A program made the position numbers and the translations under genes. This document shows, one piece after another, positions 25,265 to 35,609 of a stretch of DNA of 39,577 bases (positions are counted from its first letter, which is position 1; each line of letters opens with the position of its first letter). The notes under the pieces are model-generated. The model saw only the letters and a list, made by a program, of their open reading frames with translations, made no database searches and had not been told where the DNA came from. Where the stretch lies: the sequence record NC_010152.1; one strand, 5' to 3'.

Positions 25265-26014
25265 ATGTCTTCAATACTATCAATATCATTATCTGGCATA
25301 GGATCTGAAGTTGAGAATGCACTTTATAGTTATCTTCTTCAGCCTTTAATTTGTGTAATACAAGATGTGATAAATTATATAATTTATGGATTATTCTATT
25401 TCGCAAAAGTAGTGTGTGATGTATTCTTCTCGTTTGTTCAAGCAATTTACAATTTCATCCTAACCATACTAAGCGACATAATATCCTTGTTAGCAGGGGC
25501 AATAAACAACATAATCTCTACATTGAGAAGCAAACTAGTTCCAGCATTTGTAGTAGCAATAACGCCGAAGGCAGAAGAAGAGTTAATCCGATACACGATA
25601 AGGGGAGTTACTTCAGCCTCATCCGTAAAACAGGGAATAGTAAGAGGTTTATTGGGAGGATTAATGGGAATTGGAATACCATTAATATCATTCCTAGCAG
25701 GATCAATAATAGATAGTGTAATACCAAATCAAGCAGTAGACGTAACGAATCTGTTATTCCCAATTCAGACGTTAAGACAACTCTCGAGCGATATTTGTTG
25801 TCCAATTAGTGCAGTAATTCCACCGCAATGTAAGAATACTTGTGGAGCAGTTAATGCACCAGTTTGCACACCGCCATGTTTAGAATTATCGAATGGGAAT
25901 ACTTACTGCTTTGGAGTACAATTTATATCACAAACAGCCACCTCAACAACTACAAGTGTACCACCATCTGAAAGCGTAACATTATCCACGTCATTCACGG
26001 TGACTCCAACATGA
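25265..26014 (+). CDS. Hydrophobic protein with Cys-rich C-terminus, putative minor virion protein (249 aa)
   Basis: Long amphipathic helices; CC...C...C...C...C...C tail. Confidence 0.8.
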   Translation: MSSILSISLSGIGSEVENALYSYLLQPLICVIQDVINYIIYGLFYFAKVVCDVFFSFVQAIYNFILTILSDIISLLAGAINNIISTLRSKLVPAFVVAITPKAEEELIRYTIRGVTSASSVKQGIVRGLLGGLMGIGIPLISFLAGSIIDSVIPNQAVDVTNLLFPIQTLRQLSSDICCPISAVIPPQCKNTCGAVNAPVCTPPCLELSNGNTYCFGVQFISQTATSTTTSVPPSESVTLSTSFTVTPT

Positions 26015-26691
26015 ATTTATGTAGAACATGGATAGAGGAAGAATTTCTAGTAGGAAAAATATATCCAATTGCACAAGCACAGTTTCTATATAATAATACC
26101 GTAGTAGGTATAGGGACTGTAACGGCAAAGTTGAGTTTTGATGAATTAACTAACACTTACGCCCTAGAATTAACGATTACTGATAACACGACGAACACTT
26201 ACACTTATAATGCAATAATGATAGTTGACTCAAATAATGTTAACGTTGCACTATTCACGTATGCGAAAGCATATAGTAAAGGAACAGGTCAACTTACAGT
26301 GAAGGAAACAATATACATCCCACAACCAGTTGCAGTGGTAAATTTTGCAACCTATGGTTTAACAGTTAAGAGTCTAGGGGAAATGATAGGAAATGCGTTA
26401 ATGAATGGCGGTACCATTTACTTACCCAACTACATTTTCTTTTTCGATGCGTCTCTAGTTTTGATTGACCAAGTTCAATTTACACCCTCGATAAATATTA
26501 CACCAACAGAGGTTCAAGAATACCAAACAATTAGCTGTCCAGTTTGTATTCTTACACCAGAAGTAACAGCCGTGTTAGTATACTTTGATTCATCATCAAT
26601 GACTGTAATAATATATGGCGTATATCCCGTTCTATTAGGATTCATTACAGCAAATGTACAATGGAGTATACCTTTTAACCCAAATTGCTGA
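26011..26691 (+). CDS. Beta-rich putative minor virion protein (226 aa)
   Basis: ATGA overlap; T/Y/V/I-rich. Confidence 0.8.
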   Translation: MNLCRTWIEEEFLVGKIYPIAQAQFLYNNTVVGIGTVTAKLSFDELTNTYALELTITDNTTNTYTYNAIMIVDSNNVNVALFTYAKAYSKGTGQLTVKETIYIPQPVAVVNFATYGLTVKSLGEMIGNALMNGGTIYLPNYIFFFDASLVLIDQVQFTPSINITPTEVQEYQTISCPVCILTPEVTAVLVYFDSSSMTVIIYGVYPVLLGFITANVQWSIPFNPNC

Positions 26692-26700
26692 TGATATATT

Positions 26701-27132
26701 ATGAGTTACTATTACCAAGAAGAAATAGTCGACATTACTGACATTTTCGAAGTACTGAACGTCATAAAAACAACAAATCCAGCACAATATAGACAATTAT
26801 ACGTGAATACTGTATACCAGTTCCTTTACATACTCTCGAACTACTTGAGCTATTTCCCGCCTGGAACTTTCACATTATTTGAAAGCGATTCCCTCACAGT
26901 TCGAATAGTTAACAACACGATACAAGCAATATATAATGGATCACTCGTGTTAGGCTTATTACAAATAGCACAAGTGATATCGTCAGTACTTAGTTACGAT
27001 TTCGCTCTACTCAACTCATTCCTCTCGGCAGTATATTACAATTTAGTACAAATAGCACGTCAAATAGTACCTCCAGATAATGTGAAACAATACCTACAAG
27101 ATTTATATAACACGCTAACAAGTAAAGTATAA
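26701..27132 (+). CDS. Hypothetical protein (143 aa)
   Basis: Operon member. Confidence 0.8.
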   Translation: MSYYYQEEIVDITDIFEVLNVIKTTNPAQYRQLYVNTVYQFLYILSNYLSYFPPGTFTLFESDSLTVRIVNNTIQAIYNGSLVLGLLQIAQVISSVLSYDFALLNSFLSAVYYNLVQIARQIVPPDNVKQYLQDLYNTLTSKV

Positions 27133-27133
27133 T

Positions 27134-27478
27134 ATGGGTTGCGAACAAGTTAAAAACATGGAAGACGGAGTAATAAAAAGTTCACATTATGAAATGATTG
27201 CATACCAAAAAGTAGGAGATAACATGATGATAAAAGGCAAATTATTCCTAAAGGGAGTGAACAAGTTAAGACAAGTGACGAAAGATAATTTCAAGATTGA
27301 AATATACTCAGGAATAGACTTAAACGGGCAACGACTCCTAATAATAAGAGAAGTAACAAACACTATCGCAAGAAAGGATAAACAGACAATTCACGTGGAG
27401 AATTGCGACTTATACATAACTAGATTATCACCAAATGCAGAAAGTGTGATGGTAGATCTACTCAAGCAGGCTGAATAA
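27134..27478 (+). CDS. Hypothetical protein (114 aa)
   Basis: Operon member. Confidence 0.75.
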   Translation: MGCEQVKNMEDGVIKSSHYEMIAYQKVGDNMMIKGKLFLKGVNKLRQVTKDNFKIEIYSGIDLNGQRLLIIREVTNTIARKDKQTIHVENCDLYITRLSPNAESVMVDLLKQAE

Positions 27479-28007
27479 TATACTTGTCGTCAATCACGTA
27501 TTTTTTTCCATTAACGAAATGATAAGTACCCGGAATAACTTTCATGATAGGAATAAGACGAGAGGAGAGATAAATATCAACAAAATGGGTCCTGTACAAC
27601 TCATTCTTGAGATAGTCGTCCATAACATCTCTAGCGAATTTTAGAAAAGATGAAGGAATGAAAAGATTAGTGGACATGCAGAAAAGTATAACGTCGTCCG
27701 AAGGCTTAGCCCTAGCTGGTATGCAGAAAGAGTAAATATTCCTAGGTAACTCGACAGGAGGAATGTAGACGTCACTATCAACTAGAAATAAGTCGTCATT
27801 AACCCTAGAGAATATCTCCCTTAGTATGAAAGCTATCCTATATCTTCTAGACTCCCAACTGTCGTCACTTACACCACTACTAACGTGAATTATGTTCGGA
27901 TGATCAATCCTTTCCAAGCACTGATTATAGTCATCGTCTACAAAAACAATATCGTAATTCATTAGAGGGAAATAGCAAAAGTTACCTCCAAAAGTAACGA
28001 CTTTCAT
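27462..28007 (-). CDS. GT-A fold glycosyltransferase (181 aa)
   Basis: DIVFVDD and LFLVDSDV (DxD) motifs; C-terminal His. Confidence 0.75.
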   Translation of the reverse strand: MKVVTFGGNFCYFPLMNYDIVFVDDDYNQCLERIDHPNIIHVSSGVSDDSWESRRYRIAFILREIFSRVNDDLFLVDSDVYIPPVELPRNIYSFCIPARAKPSDDVILFCMSTNLFIPSSFLKFARDVMDDYLKNELYRTHFVDIYLSSRLIPIMKVIPGTYHFVNGKKYVIDDKYIIQPA

Positions 28008-29212
28008 GTCTGCGCTTGTACCTCATATTCAAAGTTAATTGTGAGAGTAACTTGTTGACTTAACGAGGCGTTAATATCCAGAGTCACTACTACATTAAGC
28101 GTTTGTCCACCGTAATAATCCTCTAGGTTAAACTCAGCAAAAGTTTGCCCTTCTAGAACGTTAACTTGTTGCGATGCTACAACTACACCAGATGATGTTT
28201 CAATATCAATCGTGATCGTGAATGTAGTGAATCCACTCGTACATGGTGTAGTCGAACACGAGAGTGAATATGATGGAATGATCTTAAAGTACCCAACTGG
28301 TACTAGCAACGTGTAAGTCTTTTGTATTGATCCGTTGAACGGCGTTTGAACGCTGAAAACATACTCCTGTGGGTTTAGAATGTTATTATACCCTGTCACG
28401 TTAAACACGAATATTTGAGATATCTGACAAGATGAGTTTGCGTAAGGTATTGCAATGACTTGACTCCAAGTTATTTGATAGTCGTTGTTTGCAGTCCCAG
28501 TGAAAGTTACTGAATCAAGTTCACTTACTGACGTCATTGAAATGTTGGTAGCAGTTATTGAACCAGAGTTGAGAGTTGCCGTAACAGAATACGAGGTCAA
28601 ATCGGATGGTCCGCCCGATACACTCATTATGCTAACGTATCCTGATTCACTGTAATTCACAGTCACGGAATAAGATAGTGATTGATTGTAGAAGTAAAGT
28701 GGCTCAATGTAATAAGTAATTGGCTGTGAAAAGAATGCAACATCACCTATTGATGCAAAACCATAATAGGGAATCGTTACAGATATTTCAATACTAGCAG
28801 TACCACTTGGAACTGGTACAGCAATCATGTAATATGTTCCACTCCCTGCACTAAGAGAAACTGAATATGAGTAAGAACCTATACTTGAGCCACTAGTATT
28901 AAGGAAATTAAGAGCAATTGTAAAAGTTGCACTACTTGGTAAAGAAGATGATCCAATATAATACAAACTCCCTATTACAACAACCCAGACGTTCTCAGGA
29001 TTATAAACAAGCTCACTATAAGGTACTGTTACCGTGATTGTAGCTGTGGCTGTAGCTGATTCACCAGTAGTAAAAGCCAAACCATATCCACAATTACCGC
29101 ATGGATCACCTACATACCCAGAATATGATGCACCAACACTTCCTCCACTAGCTGAGAATATGCCAGTTTCTATTGGATTACAAACATTGTACCACGCTAT
29201 TTGAATTCCCAT
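28004..29212 (-). CDS. S/T/Y-rich beta-sandwich putative virion terminal protein (~402 aa)
   Basis: Composition typical of extracellular or virion proteins; ATG 29212 preferred over TTG 29221. Confidence 0.8.
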   Translation of the reverse strand: MGIQIAWYNVCNPIETGIFSASGGSVGASYSGYVGDPCGNCGYGLAFTTGESATATATITVTVPYSELVYNPENVWVVVIGSLYYIGSSSLPSSATFTIALNFLNTSGSSIGSYSYSVSLSAGSGTYYMIAVPVPSGTASIEISVTIPYYGFASIGDVAFFSQPITYYIEPLYFYNQSLSYSVTVNYSESGYVSIMSVSGGPSDLTSYSVTATLNSGSITATNISMTSVSELDSVTFTGTANNDYQITWSQVIAIPYANSSCQISQIFVFNVTGYNNILNPQEYVFSVQTPFNGSIQKTYTLLVPVGYFKIIPSYSLSCSTTPCTSGFTTFTITIDIETSSGVVVASQQVNVLEGQTFAEFNLEDYYGGQTLNVVVTLDINASLSQQVTLTINFEYEVQAQT

Positions 29213-29241
29213 AATTAACAACTCGTGCTAAATTATTTAAA

Positions 29242-32200
29242 TCATTGTGAGATGTGCAACGTTCTTGCATCGAAAAGCCACTGTGCATATTGCCCACCAG
29301 TAGCTCCAGCTACTGCTAGATAATAAGTACCACTAGATGGAGCAGAGAAATCACTACCTAGAGAAGTACAACCAGTAACGAATTGATTATTCGGTATAAA
29401 GAACATTGTATAGCACACTTCATTTGACGATGGAATGTAACTCACTATGTAAAACATCTCATTACCAGATTGTACATTAGTATTAAACGTCCCACTTCCA
29501 GCACCACACACAATCTCAGTAACAGATGTACCATTAACAACAGAGATATTCACTCCTGTACCTACTTGATTTCCAGCACATGGTTCAGCCCAGTATGGAT
29601 CATATTGAACTAATATAGTTGGACTTGAGGTTTCAGGAATTGACATACTTCCTTGAAATTTACAACCAGAAATTGAGGGAACCACAATATTAGATGTATC
29701 AAACCCACTCGAGAATATTGCAAAAGCAAAACCATCAGCAGGACATGAAGACGGATTATCGAGTGTAAATAAACCACTAACTGTAAAGACGTTACCTTGC
29801 GTGTATGAGTAAGAGAATATAACACCACCATATTGTCCAGTAGTTGGCGAAGTAAGAGTAACCATAAGTGAACTATACGTGTTATAAAGAACAAACGTAG
29901 TCCTAGCATCACTATAAAAAGCATCAATAGCTGGATAAACTCCAACATACCCCACGAATGATGGAGTAGATATATTATAGTAGGTTAACGAATCATCGGC
30001 AGTTGATAAATCAGGAGGTCCATTCCATGGAGTCCACCACCCAACAATATTGTCAGTAAAGAGTAAGGGATCAATTGAATACGGACCCATTTGATATATT
30101 TCTTGAATTTGAGACGACGATAAAGCAGTATTGAACACCGCAACCCATGCAATATCACCATTGAAATACCCTGATATACCCTCATCTGCCCAACCAGCAC
30201 AACTACTTCCATATCCTATCCATAAGTAATAAGGATTAGGAGGTTCAAGACTACTAGACACAGTAGCAGAACCAATTTCCTGCCCATCTACGTAAAGAGT
30301 TATAGAATTATTAGACGGATCAAGTATAACAACTGCAAAATGCCAATTTCCATCGTTATACGTGTCGGACGTAGTTACAAATGTACCATTACAACAGTAC
30401 CCAGCAACTAATTTACCATTAACAATACTAAGTATATCATTATAATAATCATAACATGGACTTGAAGCACTTTGATTATCGCTAAGTATCATACCAGTAC
30501 CAGAAGTAGTTCTAAACCACACCGCATATGTAACAGTAAAATTAAATGTATGACTAGATGAAGACACTTGAGGTAACTCAACCACCATATACGAACTTGA
30601 ACCATTAAACTCCCAGTAGCTATCGACAATGTAACCAGATTGCGAAGCAGGAAATGGAGGAGCAATCATTGGATAAACTCTAGCGAAATGGTAAGTGAGA
30701 GTCAAATTACCAGTCGCATCACTATATGCAGTACCAAGATACATGTAAACGTTACCAGAAATAGACTGACTCGGCAAACTGTTAACCAGCATAACTCGGT
30801 CAACAACTAGGGCAACATTATTATTCTGGTAAAATAAACCACTAATGAGCTTCCTAAATGGATAATTAATACCAATAACAGCATAAGTTGCATAACTAGT
30901 CTCACAGAACGAAGAGGACGAAGAAGGACATGATGATGGACATGTCAAGGATTGCGTACCTAATTCAACAACGTAATATGGAACACAATTACCATTAATA
31001 CTAAAATCTGCAGTCTCTTGAGGAGATGAAGATGAAATTATCCCATCAGTAAAAGCATATTCTGCCCCATTCCCAACACTAATTGACGGCTGAGCAGTTC
31101 TAATGTTAGTTATAAAATTAGACGTAGAAGACATTACTTCAAACATGTAACCCTCTCCAAAAGTTTGCTTAGATTGCAAAACAACGTAACCAGTCTGCCC
31201 TTGACTAACGTTAATAATCAGATCATTATTAACTTCATAAGAGTAATCGCCACTCACGTATAGATTCCATATATCCGTGTTAAGACTAGTACCACAGAAA
31301 TTATCATAAAGAGTAAATATCTTACTCCCATTATCATTACTACAACCAGCAATTTCCTTATACGCACCAGCAACTCCATCATAAACAAAACTTGAATCAC
31401 CAACCCATACATCAATCTGAATTACAGTAGAAAGATCAGTAGGAAGCACTACCCACATGAGTGCACTACCACCAACTATCTCCTCAACCCACGTGTATAG
31501 TTCGTTACCATTATACGATAGCCTAACATTAGAGTAAGTTGAATTAGCACCATCAACATATATCCAAATTGGAATTGGATAACCAGATGGGATAGTAGTG
31601 CTAGTATTGTTGAAAAGATAAATTGTGTAACCAGTAGTATAACATTGATTCTTTGCATCAACAAAAGGACAACTTATAATAGCGTTGACGATAGTCTCAG
31701 CTGGACTGGTAGTAGTCTCTGGCACTACAACAGCAGTAATTTGTTGATAAACCGAAGAAACCATGATACCCTCACTTTGAGAGGAAGAGACAGGAAGTTG
31801 AGTTGGTGTAATTTTCTCCTGAACGTAAGAAACCATAGTAGTCTCGCTTTGAGAGGAAGAGATAGAGAACTGAGTTGGCGTAACTTTCTCCTGAACGTAA
31901 GAGACCATAGTTATCTCACTCTGCGTAGTCTTTAAACTTGTCACAACTTCTTTTACAGTCTCATATATCACGGTATTCAGGAACTCCTCACTAGCGGAAG
32001 TATAAATTGGAACTAGTGCCTTTTGAACTACTTCATAAACTGTGGAAATAAGGAATTCCTCACTAGCAGAAACAGAAACGGACTTAAGAACTTCAGTGAC
32101 AACAGAATACGCAATCATTTCAATTATTGGTTTAATAGCACTCGTATACTCTGACACTAACTCTGGCGTAATAGTACGTATCATGTCTGCAACTAAGAGA

Positions 32201-33351
32201 ATCTGAGACACTGAAGTAGGAACGGACTGTATGACAATCGTGGGCTTAGTGAATTTTATTTGTAGAATTGGAATTGAGGATACAGTAACTTCACTTTCTT
32301 GAACGAGTTTAACTATAGGTTGGAAATATGCACTGACAGAGATGGATGACGCAGTAACGTATTCTGAGAATACTTGCTTCGAAACAGGATAAGAAAAGTA
32401 AACTGTTTGAATACTCCTACTAGCAGTAACGCTCTCAACTTCTCTTATGAGAGTAACAGGGTAAACGAAGTTCACATCCAGTACGGGCAAAGTAGTAGTA
32501 ACAACGTAATATAAGGTAAAGGAAATACTTTCTTCAACAGTTTCAGTCTCTGTAGTATGAGAAGGAGCTTCCTCAATTGAAAGCAAATCACTGGGCAACA
32601 CATATTCATTCTGAGGAACTTGTTGAACTACACCAGTAGGCGTTTCTTGATAATTATAAACAGCATCAGTAGGATCCACGATGTCTATTCCCAACATGTA
32701 ATAACAAATACAACCGGGGCATACTTCGGGACACGGTTTAGATACAACCAATATATTTGTAGTAGGTGGTGGTGAAGGAGGTGGAGGCGGAACAACTAAA
32801 GTGGGATAAGTTACTTGGAAGGAAATAGGAGGAGGGGGAGTAATGTAACTAAATGTGGAAACCGTAGTAGGAGGAAGTGTAGACGGTATAATAACAACTG
32901 AACCCTCATTTACAAACCAAAGTTCCTCACTTGCAGTAACTCCGGGAGGAACACAAAAACCAGTAGGAGAAGAACAAGGTTGCCCAATATCATTAACTTG
33001 AACATTCTCATAATACGTGTACTTTTTAACTGGATAATTTTGAGGAAAAACCAAATCCCTAACAGTAACTTGCTCCTTTCCTTGAAGAGTTTCAAGATGT
33101 GCAGGAAACATTTGCATTTGATCAAATACTGGAATATATTCAGTGCCAATCATACTCACAGCATTAGCAACAAGTATAGTAACGTGATCTTTCGCCTCAG
33201 CAATATAATGAGCTAAAGCACATTGAATACAACACTCATAAAACTGTTCAAAAGTAGGCTGATTTATGCATTGTTGAAAACATTCAACATCACTACATTC
33301 CCAATTAGGAGTAGGAGTACAAGATGCATTAGGTAATTCTCCACAAGACAT
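29242..33351 (-). CDS. Large putative terminal-fibre/receptor-binding protein (1369 aa): Cys-rich head, 24-aa repeat stalk, DUF2341-like, LamG/ConA and L-type lectin domains
   Basis: AVWFRT...NDGNWHFAVV...LYVDGQ...FNGDIAWVAVFNTALSSSQIQEIY (LamG); PADGFAF...AGATGG (legume-lectin-like); NVRL...ELYTWVE...MWV...DNF (DUF2341-like). Confidence 0.85.
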   Translation of the reverse strand: MSCGELPNASCTPTPNWECSDVECFQQCINQPTFEQFYECCIQCALAHYIAEAKDHVTILVANAVSMIGTEYIPVFDQMQMFPAHLETLQGKEQVTVRDLVFPQNYPVKKYTYYENVQVNDIGQPCSSPTGFCVPPGVTASEELWFVNEGSVVIIPSTLPPTTVSTFSYITPPPPISFQVTYPTLVVPPPPPSPPPTTNILVVSKPCPEVCPGCICYYMLGIDIVDPTDAVYNYQETPTGVVQQVPQNEYVLPSDLLSIEEAPSHTTETETVEESISFTLYYVVTTTLPVLDVNFVYPVTLIREVESVTASRSIQTVYFSYPVSKQVFSEYVTASSISVSAYFQPIVKLVQESEVTVSSIPILQIKFTKPTIVIQSVPTSVSQILLVADMIRTITPELVSEYTSAIKPIIEMIAYSVVTEVLKSVSVSASEEFLISTVYEVVQKALVPIYTSASEEFLNTVIYETVKEVVTSLKTTQSEITMVSYVQEKVTPTQFSISSSQSETTMVSYVQEKITPTQLPVSSSQSEGIMVSSVYQQITAVVVPETTTSPAETIVNAIISCPFVDAKNQCYTTGYTIYLFNNTSTTIPSGYPIPIWIYVDGANSTYSNVRLSYNGNELYTWVEEIVGGSALMWVVLPTDLSTVIQIDVWVGDSSFVYDGVAGAYKEIAGCSNDNGSKIFTLYDNFCGTSLNTDIWNLYVSGDYSYEVNNDLIINVSQGQTGYVVLQSKQTFGEGYMFEVMSSTSNFITNIRTAQPSISVGNGAEYAFTDGIISSSSPQETADFSINGNCVPYYVVELGTQSLTCPSSCPSSSSSFCETSYATYAVIGINYPFRKLISGLFYQNNNVALVVDRVMLVNSLPSQSISGNVYMYLGTAYSDATGNLTLTYHFARVYPMIAPPFPASQSGYIVDSYWEFNGSSSYMVVELPQVSSSSHTFNFTVTYAVWFRTTSGTGMILSDNQSASSPCYDYYNDILSIVNGKLVAGYCCNGTFVTTSDTYNDGNWHFAVVILDPSNNSITLYVDGQEIGSATVSSSLEPPNPYYLWIGYGSSCAGWADEGISGYFNGDIAWVAVFNTALSSSQIQEIYQMGPYSIDPLLFTDNIVGWWTPWNGPPDLSTADDSLTYYNISTPSFVGYVGVYPAIDAFYSDARTTFVLYNTYSSLMVTLTSPTTGQYGGVIFSYSYTQGNVFTVSGLFTLDNPSSCPADGFAFAIFSSGFDTSNIVVPSISGCKFQGSMSIPETSSPTILVQYDPYWAEPCAGNQVGTGVNISVVNGTSVTEIVCGAGSGTFNTNVQSGNEMFYIVSYIPSSNEVCYTMFFIPNNQFVTGCTSLGSDFSAPSSGTYYLAVAGATGGQYAQWLFDARTLHISQ
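31755..32075. repeat. 72-bp (24-codon) periodic repeat within ORF1369
   Basis: AAGA(A/G)ACCAT at 31755, 31827 and 31899; AGGAA(C/T)TCCTCACTAGC at 31979 and 32051. Confidence 0.9.
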
Positions 33352-33377
33352 AATATAATAAAGGGAAAAAGTAGTTT

Positions 33378-34259
33378 ATGAGTTTGTATGTTAGGACAAT
33401 CGTAGGGAATGGTTGCCAATCAGTAATAATAAACTTTAACGTGAGTGGAAACCTCACAGTCAACACGAAAGTAATAAAACCACCATTAATACTAACACCA
33501 TGGAACGTATCAATAAAATATGATGATGTATTATGGGCTTCATACAACGTAGACACGTCAAGCAGTGACGACGTGTATAACTTCAACACCGTCACGGAAA
33601 GAAAGCTTAACTACATAGAAATATACTTCTGTAATGCTAATGGGCACCAATTAACAAGTGATGAGATTCAAGTTCAAATTACAGTAACTGATAATACAAC
33701 GGGCAACATAATATACAACGACAACATAGTAATAGAAATTAATGTGGATCCAATAGAGCCAGTACCCATATTCATTCCAATAAGTGTAAATACACCAACA
33801 AAAGAGGAAACAGTACCAGTACCCGCAGGAACAACTATACCATTCCAACAAGAGATAAACATCACGTACACCCCCGTCACCCTTTATTTCTCTCTCTCGA
33901 CACCAAATACTTTCCTATTCAAGTTATATTTTACAATGTGTGGTCAAACATATGAGGTGGAAAATCCATCAATAGTATACCCTGGTGGGTGTATAGCAGA
34001 GGAAAATGAATACGTGTGCACTAAATGCAACCCAAACGGGTTCTGTTATAACATTGTATACCCATTTACAAAAACACCAATATATAATAAAAATGGACAA
34101 ATCGTGGGATATCAAACAACAATCTCAAACACGTTTTACATCTTGTTTAAAATAACTATCACATCACCATGTAGTGGAACTATTAACTGGACTCTTGTGC
34201 CAAAACTTGTGACTGGGAGTGGTGGAACAGCAGTAATGAACGTCACTTTCTCAGAATGA
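33378..34259 (+). CDS. Beta-rich, Cys-containing putative virion protein (293 aa)
   Basis: Long ORF, divergent from ORF1369. Confidence 0.8.
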   Translation: MSLYVRTIVGNGCQSVIINFNVSGNLTVNTKVIKPPLILTPWNVSIKYDDVLWASYNVDTSSSDDVYNFNTVTERKLNYIEIYFCNANGHQLTSDEIQVQITVTDNTTGNIIYNDNIVIEINVDPIEPVPIFIPISVNTPTKEETVPVPAGTTIPFQQEINITYTPVTLYFSLSTPNTFLFKLYFTMCGQTYEVENPSIVYPGGCIAEENEYVCTKCNPNGFCYNIVYPFTKTPIYNKNGQIVGYQTTISNTFYILFKITITSPCSGTINWTLVPKLVTGSGGTAVMNVTFSE

Positions 34260-34296
34260 GTAAAACAAATATAACGGGACAAAGGATATTGAAAAT

Positions 34297-34791
34297 ATGA
34301 AGCTTAAACAGCCCGTGACGATAACAGGAATTGCCACAATAAGAATAAAACATTTAGACACGGGAGAAGTGGAAGAGTACACAACGACGAATATAATGAC
34401 TAACGCCGGATTAAACGAAATAGCATCACATTGGGTATTGCCATGGACAATGCCAAGTAATTACGGTTATGTAATGGAAGTAGGAAGTGGAACTGGAACC
34501 CCATCAAGCACAGACACTGGAATGTTCTCACCAATATATCCATGTTTTGAATACGTATCACCCTCAGTCTCAGGAAACCAAGTCACATTCGTAGCAAGCT
34601 ATCTACCATCACAATGTAACGGATATACTTTCCAAGAAGCAGGAATAGCTTTCCCAGCACAATTACAAGAATCAAACGGACAAATAACAGGAGTATCAGG
34701 AACATTAGTAGACCACTTAGTATTCCCAATAGCAGTACAAAAAACTTCGTCTATTTATCTCGAAATCATAATAACATTCGTGATAGTGTAA
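34297..34791 (+). CDS. Putative virion end protein with phage tail-fibre N-terminal (DUF3751-like) pattern (164 aa)
   Basis: MTNAGLNEIA...VGSGTGTPSSTDT...NGYTFQEAGI...QKTSSIYLEIII. Confidence 0.7.
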   Translation: MKLKQPVTITGIATIRIKHLDTGEVEEYTTTNIMTNAGLNEIASHWVLPWTMPSNYGYVMEVGSGTGTPSSTDTGMFSPIYPCFEYVSPSVSGNQVTFVASYLPSQCNGYTFQEAGIAFPAQLQESNGQITGVSGTLVDHLVFPIAVQKTSSIYLEIIITFVIV

Positions 34792-35582
34792 TGAAGTCAA
34801 TATACACCCAGTGCAGAAATTGCAGTTACGAGTGGGTAGTAGATCAAACAATATATTACATGAAAAAGTACCACAACATCGAACTACTAAAATCATACTT
34901 CAGACCAGCACACATATACGTTGGAGATTGTAACACAATCTTCCAAGTAGCCAGCGAAGGTATTGCGTGGTGCGATACGCCTAGCGATGTTACAGCCAAA
35001 CCGTCACAAGGTCTAAAAGTAATTACGACATCAACGTGGTTAAAAGAGCACATGGAGAAAAAGGGAATTCACGTAGAACAAGTAATACCAAGAGGAGTAA
35101 ATGACGAAATGGCACAAAGATTCGTAAACTTTGATTATAACGCTAGGAGAGGGTACATCGTCATAGGAAAAAATAGACCATACAAAAACATAGACAAGGT
35201 GATACAATTATTCGAGGGAAGAAGAGCCGAACTAACAGTCATCAGTGACCATCCATTAGCAGATTTCGATTTTTTCTCGCTCCCTGAAAATGTAAAATAC
35301 TACCTCCTATCACATTCACTATTTTACATAGCAGTTAGCGATGCAGAAGGATTCAATATTCCCCCAGTTGAGGCAATGAGCGTTGGAACACCACTAATTT
35401 ACGTGAATAAGCATGCATATAAAGACTATGCATGCGGGATAGAAATAGACAACATCGACGACATAAGAAAGATAGAAATTTCAAGAGAAGAGTGGGAAGA
35501 CCTAAGCTGGAAGTGCTTTTACAAGTCTTTGAGATACTACTACATAACAATTGGTCAAGAATTGTGGGGATGGTTAAAATAA
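34791..35582 (+). CDS. GT-B (GT4-like) glycosyltransferase (263 aa)
   Basis: RPYKN and AVSDAEGFNIPPVEAMSVGTP. Confidence 0.92.
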   Translation: MKSIYTQCRNCSYEWVVDQTIYYMKKYHNIELLKSYFRPAHIYVGDCNTIFQVASEGIAWCDTPSDVTAKPSQGLKVITTSTWLKEHMEKKGIHVEQVIPRGVNDEMAQRFVNFDYNARRGYIVIGKNRPYKNIDKVIQLFEGRRAELTVISDHPLADFDFFSLPENVKYYLLSHSLFYIAVSDAEGFNIPPVEAMSVGTPLIYVNKHAYKDYACGIEIDNIDDIRKIEISREEWEDLSWKCFYKSLRYYYITIGQELWGWLK

Positions 35583-35609
35583 TAAGCGAGAAAAAACAAA
35601 ATGTAAAGC

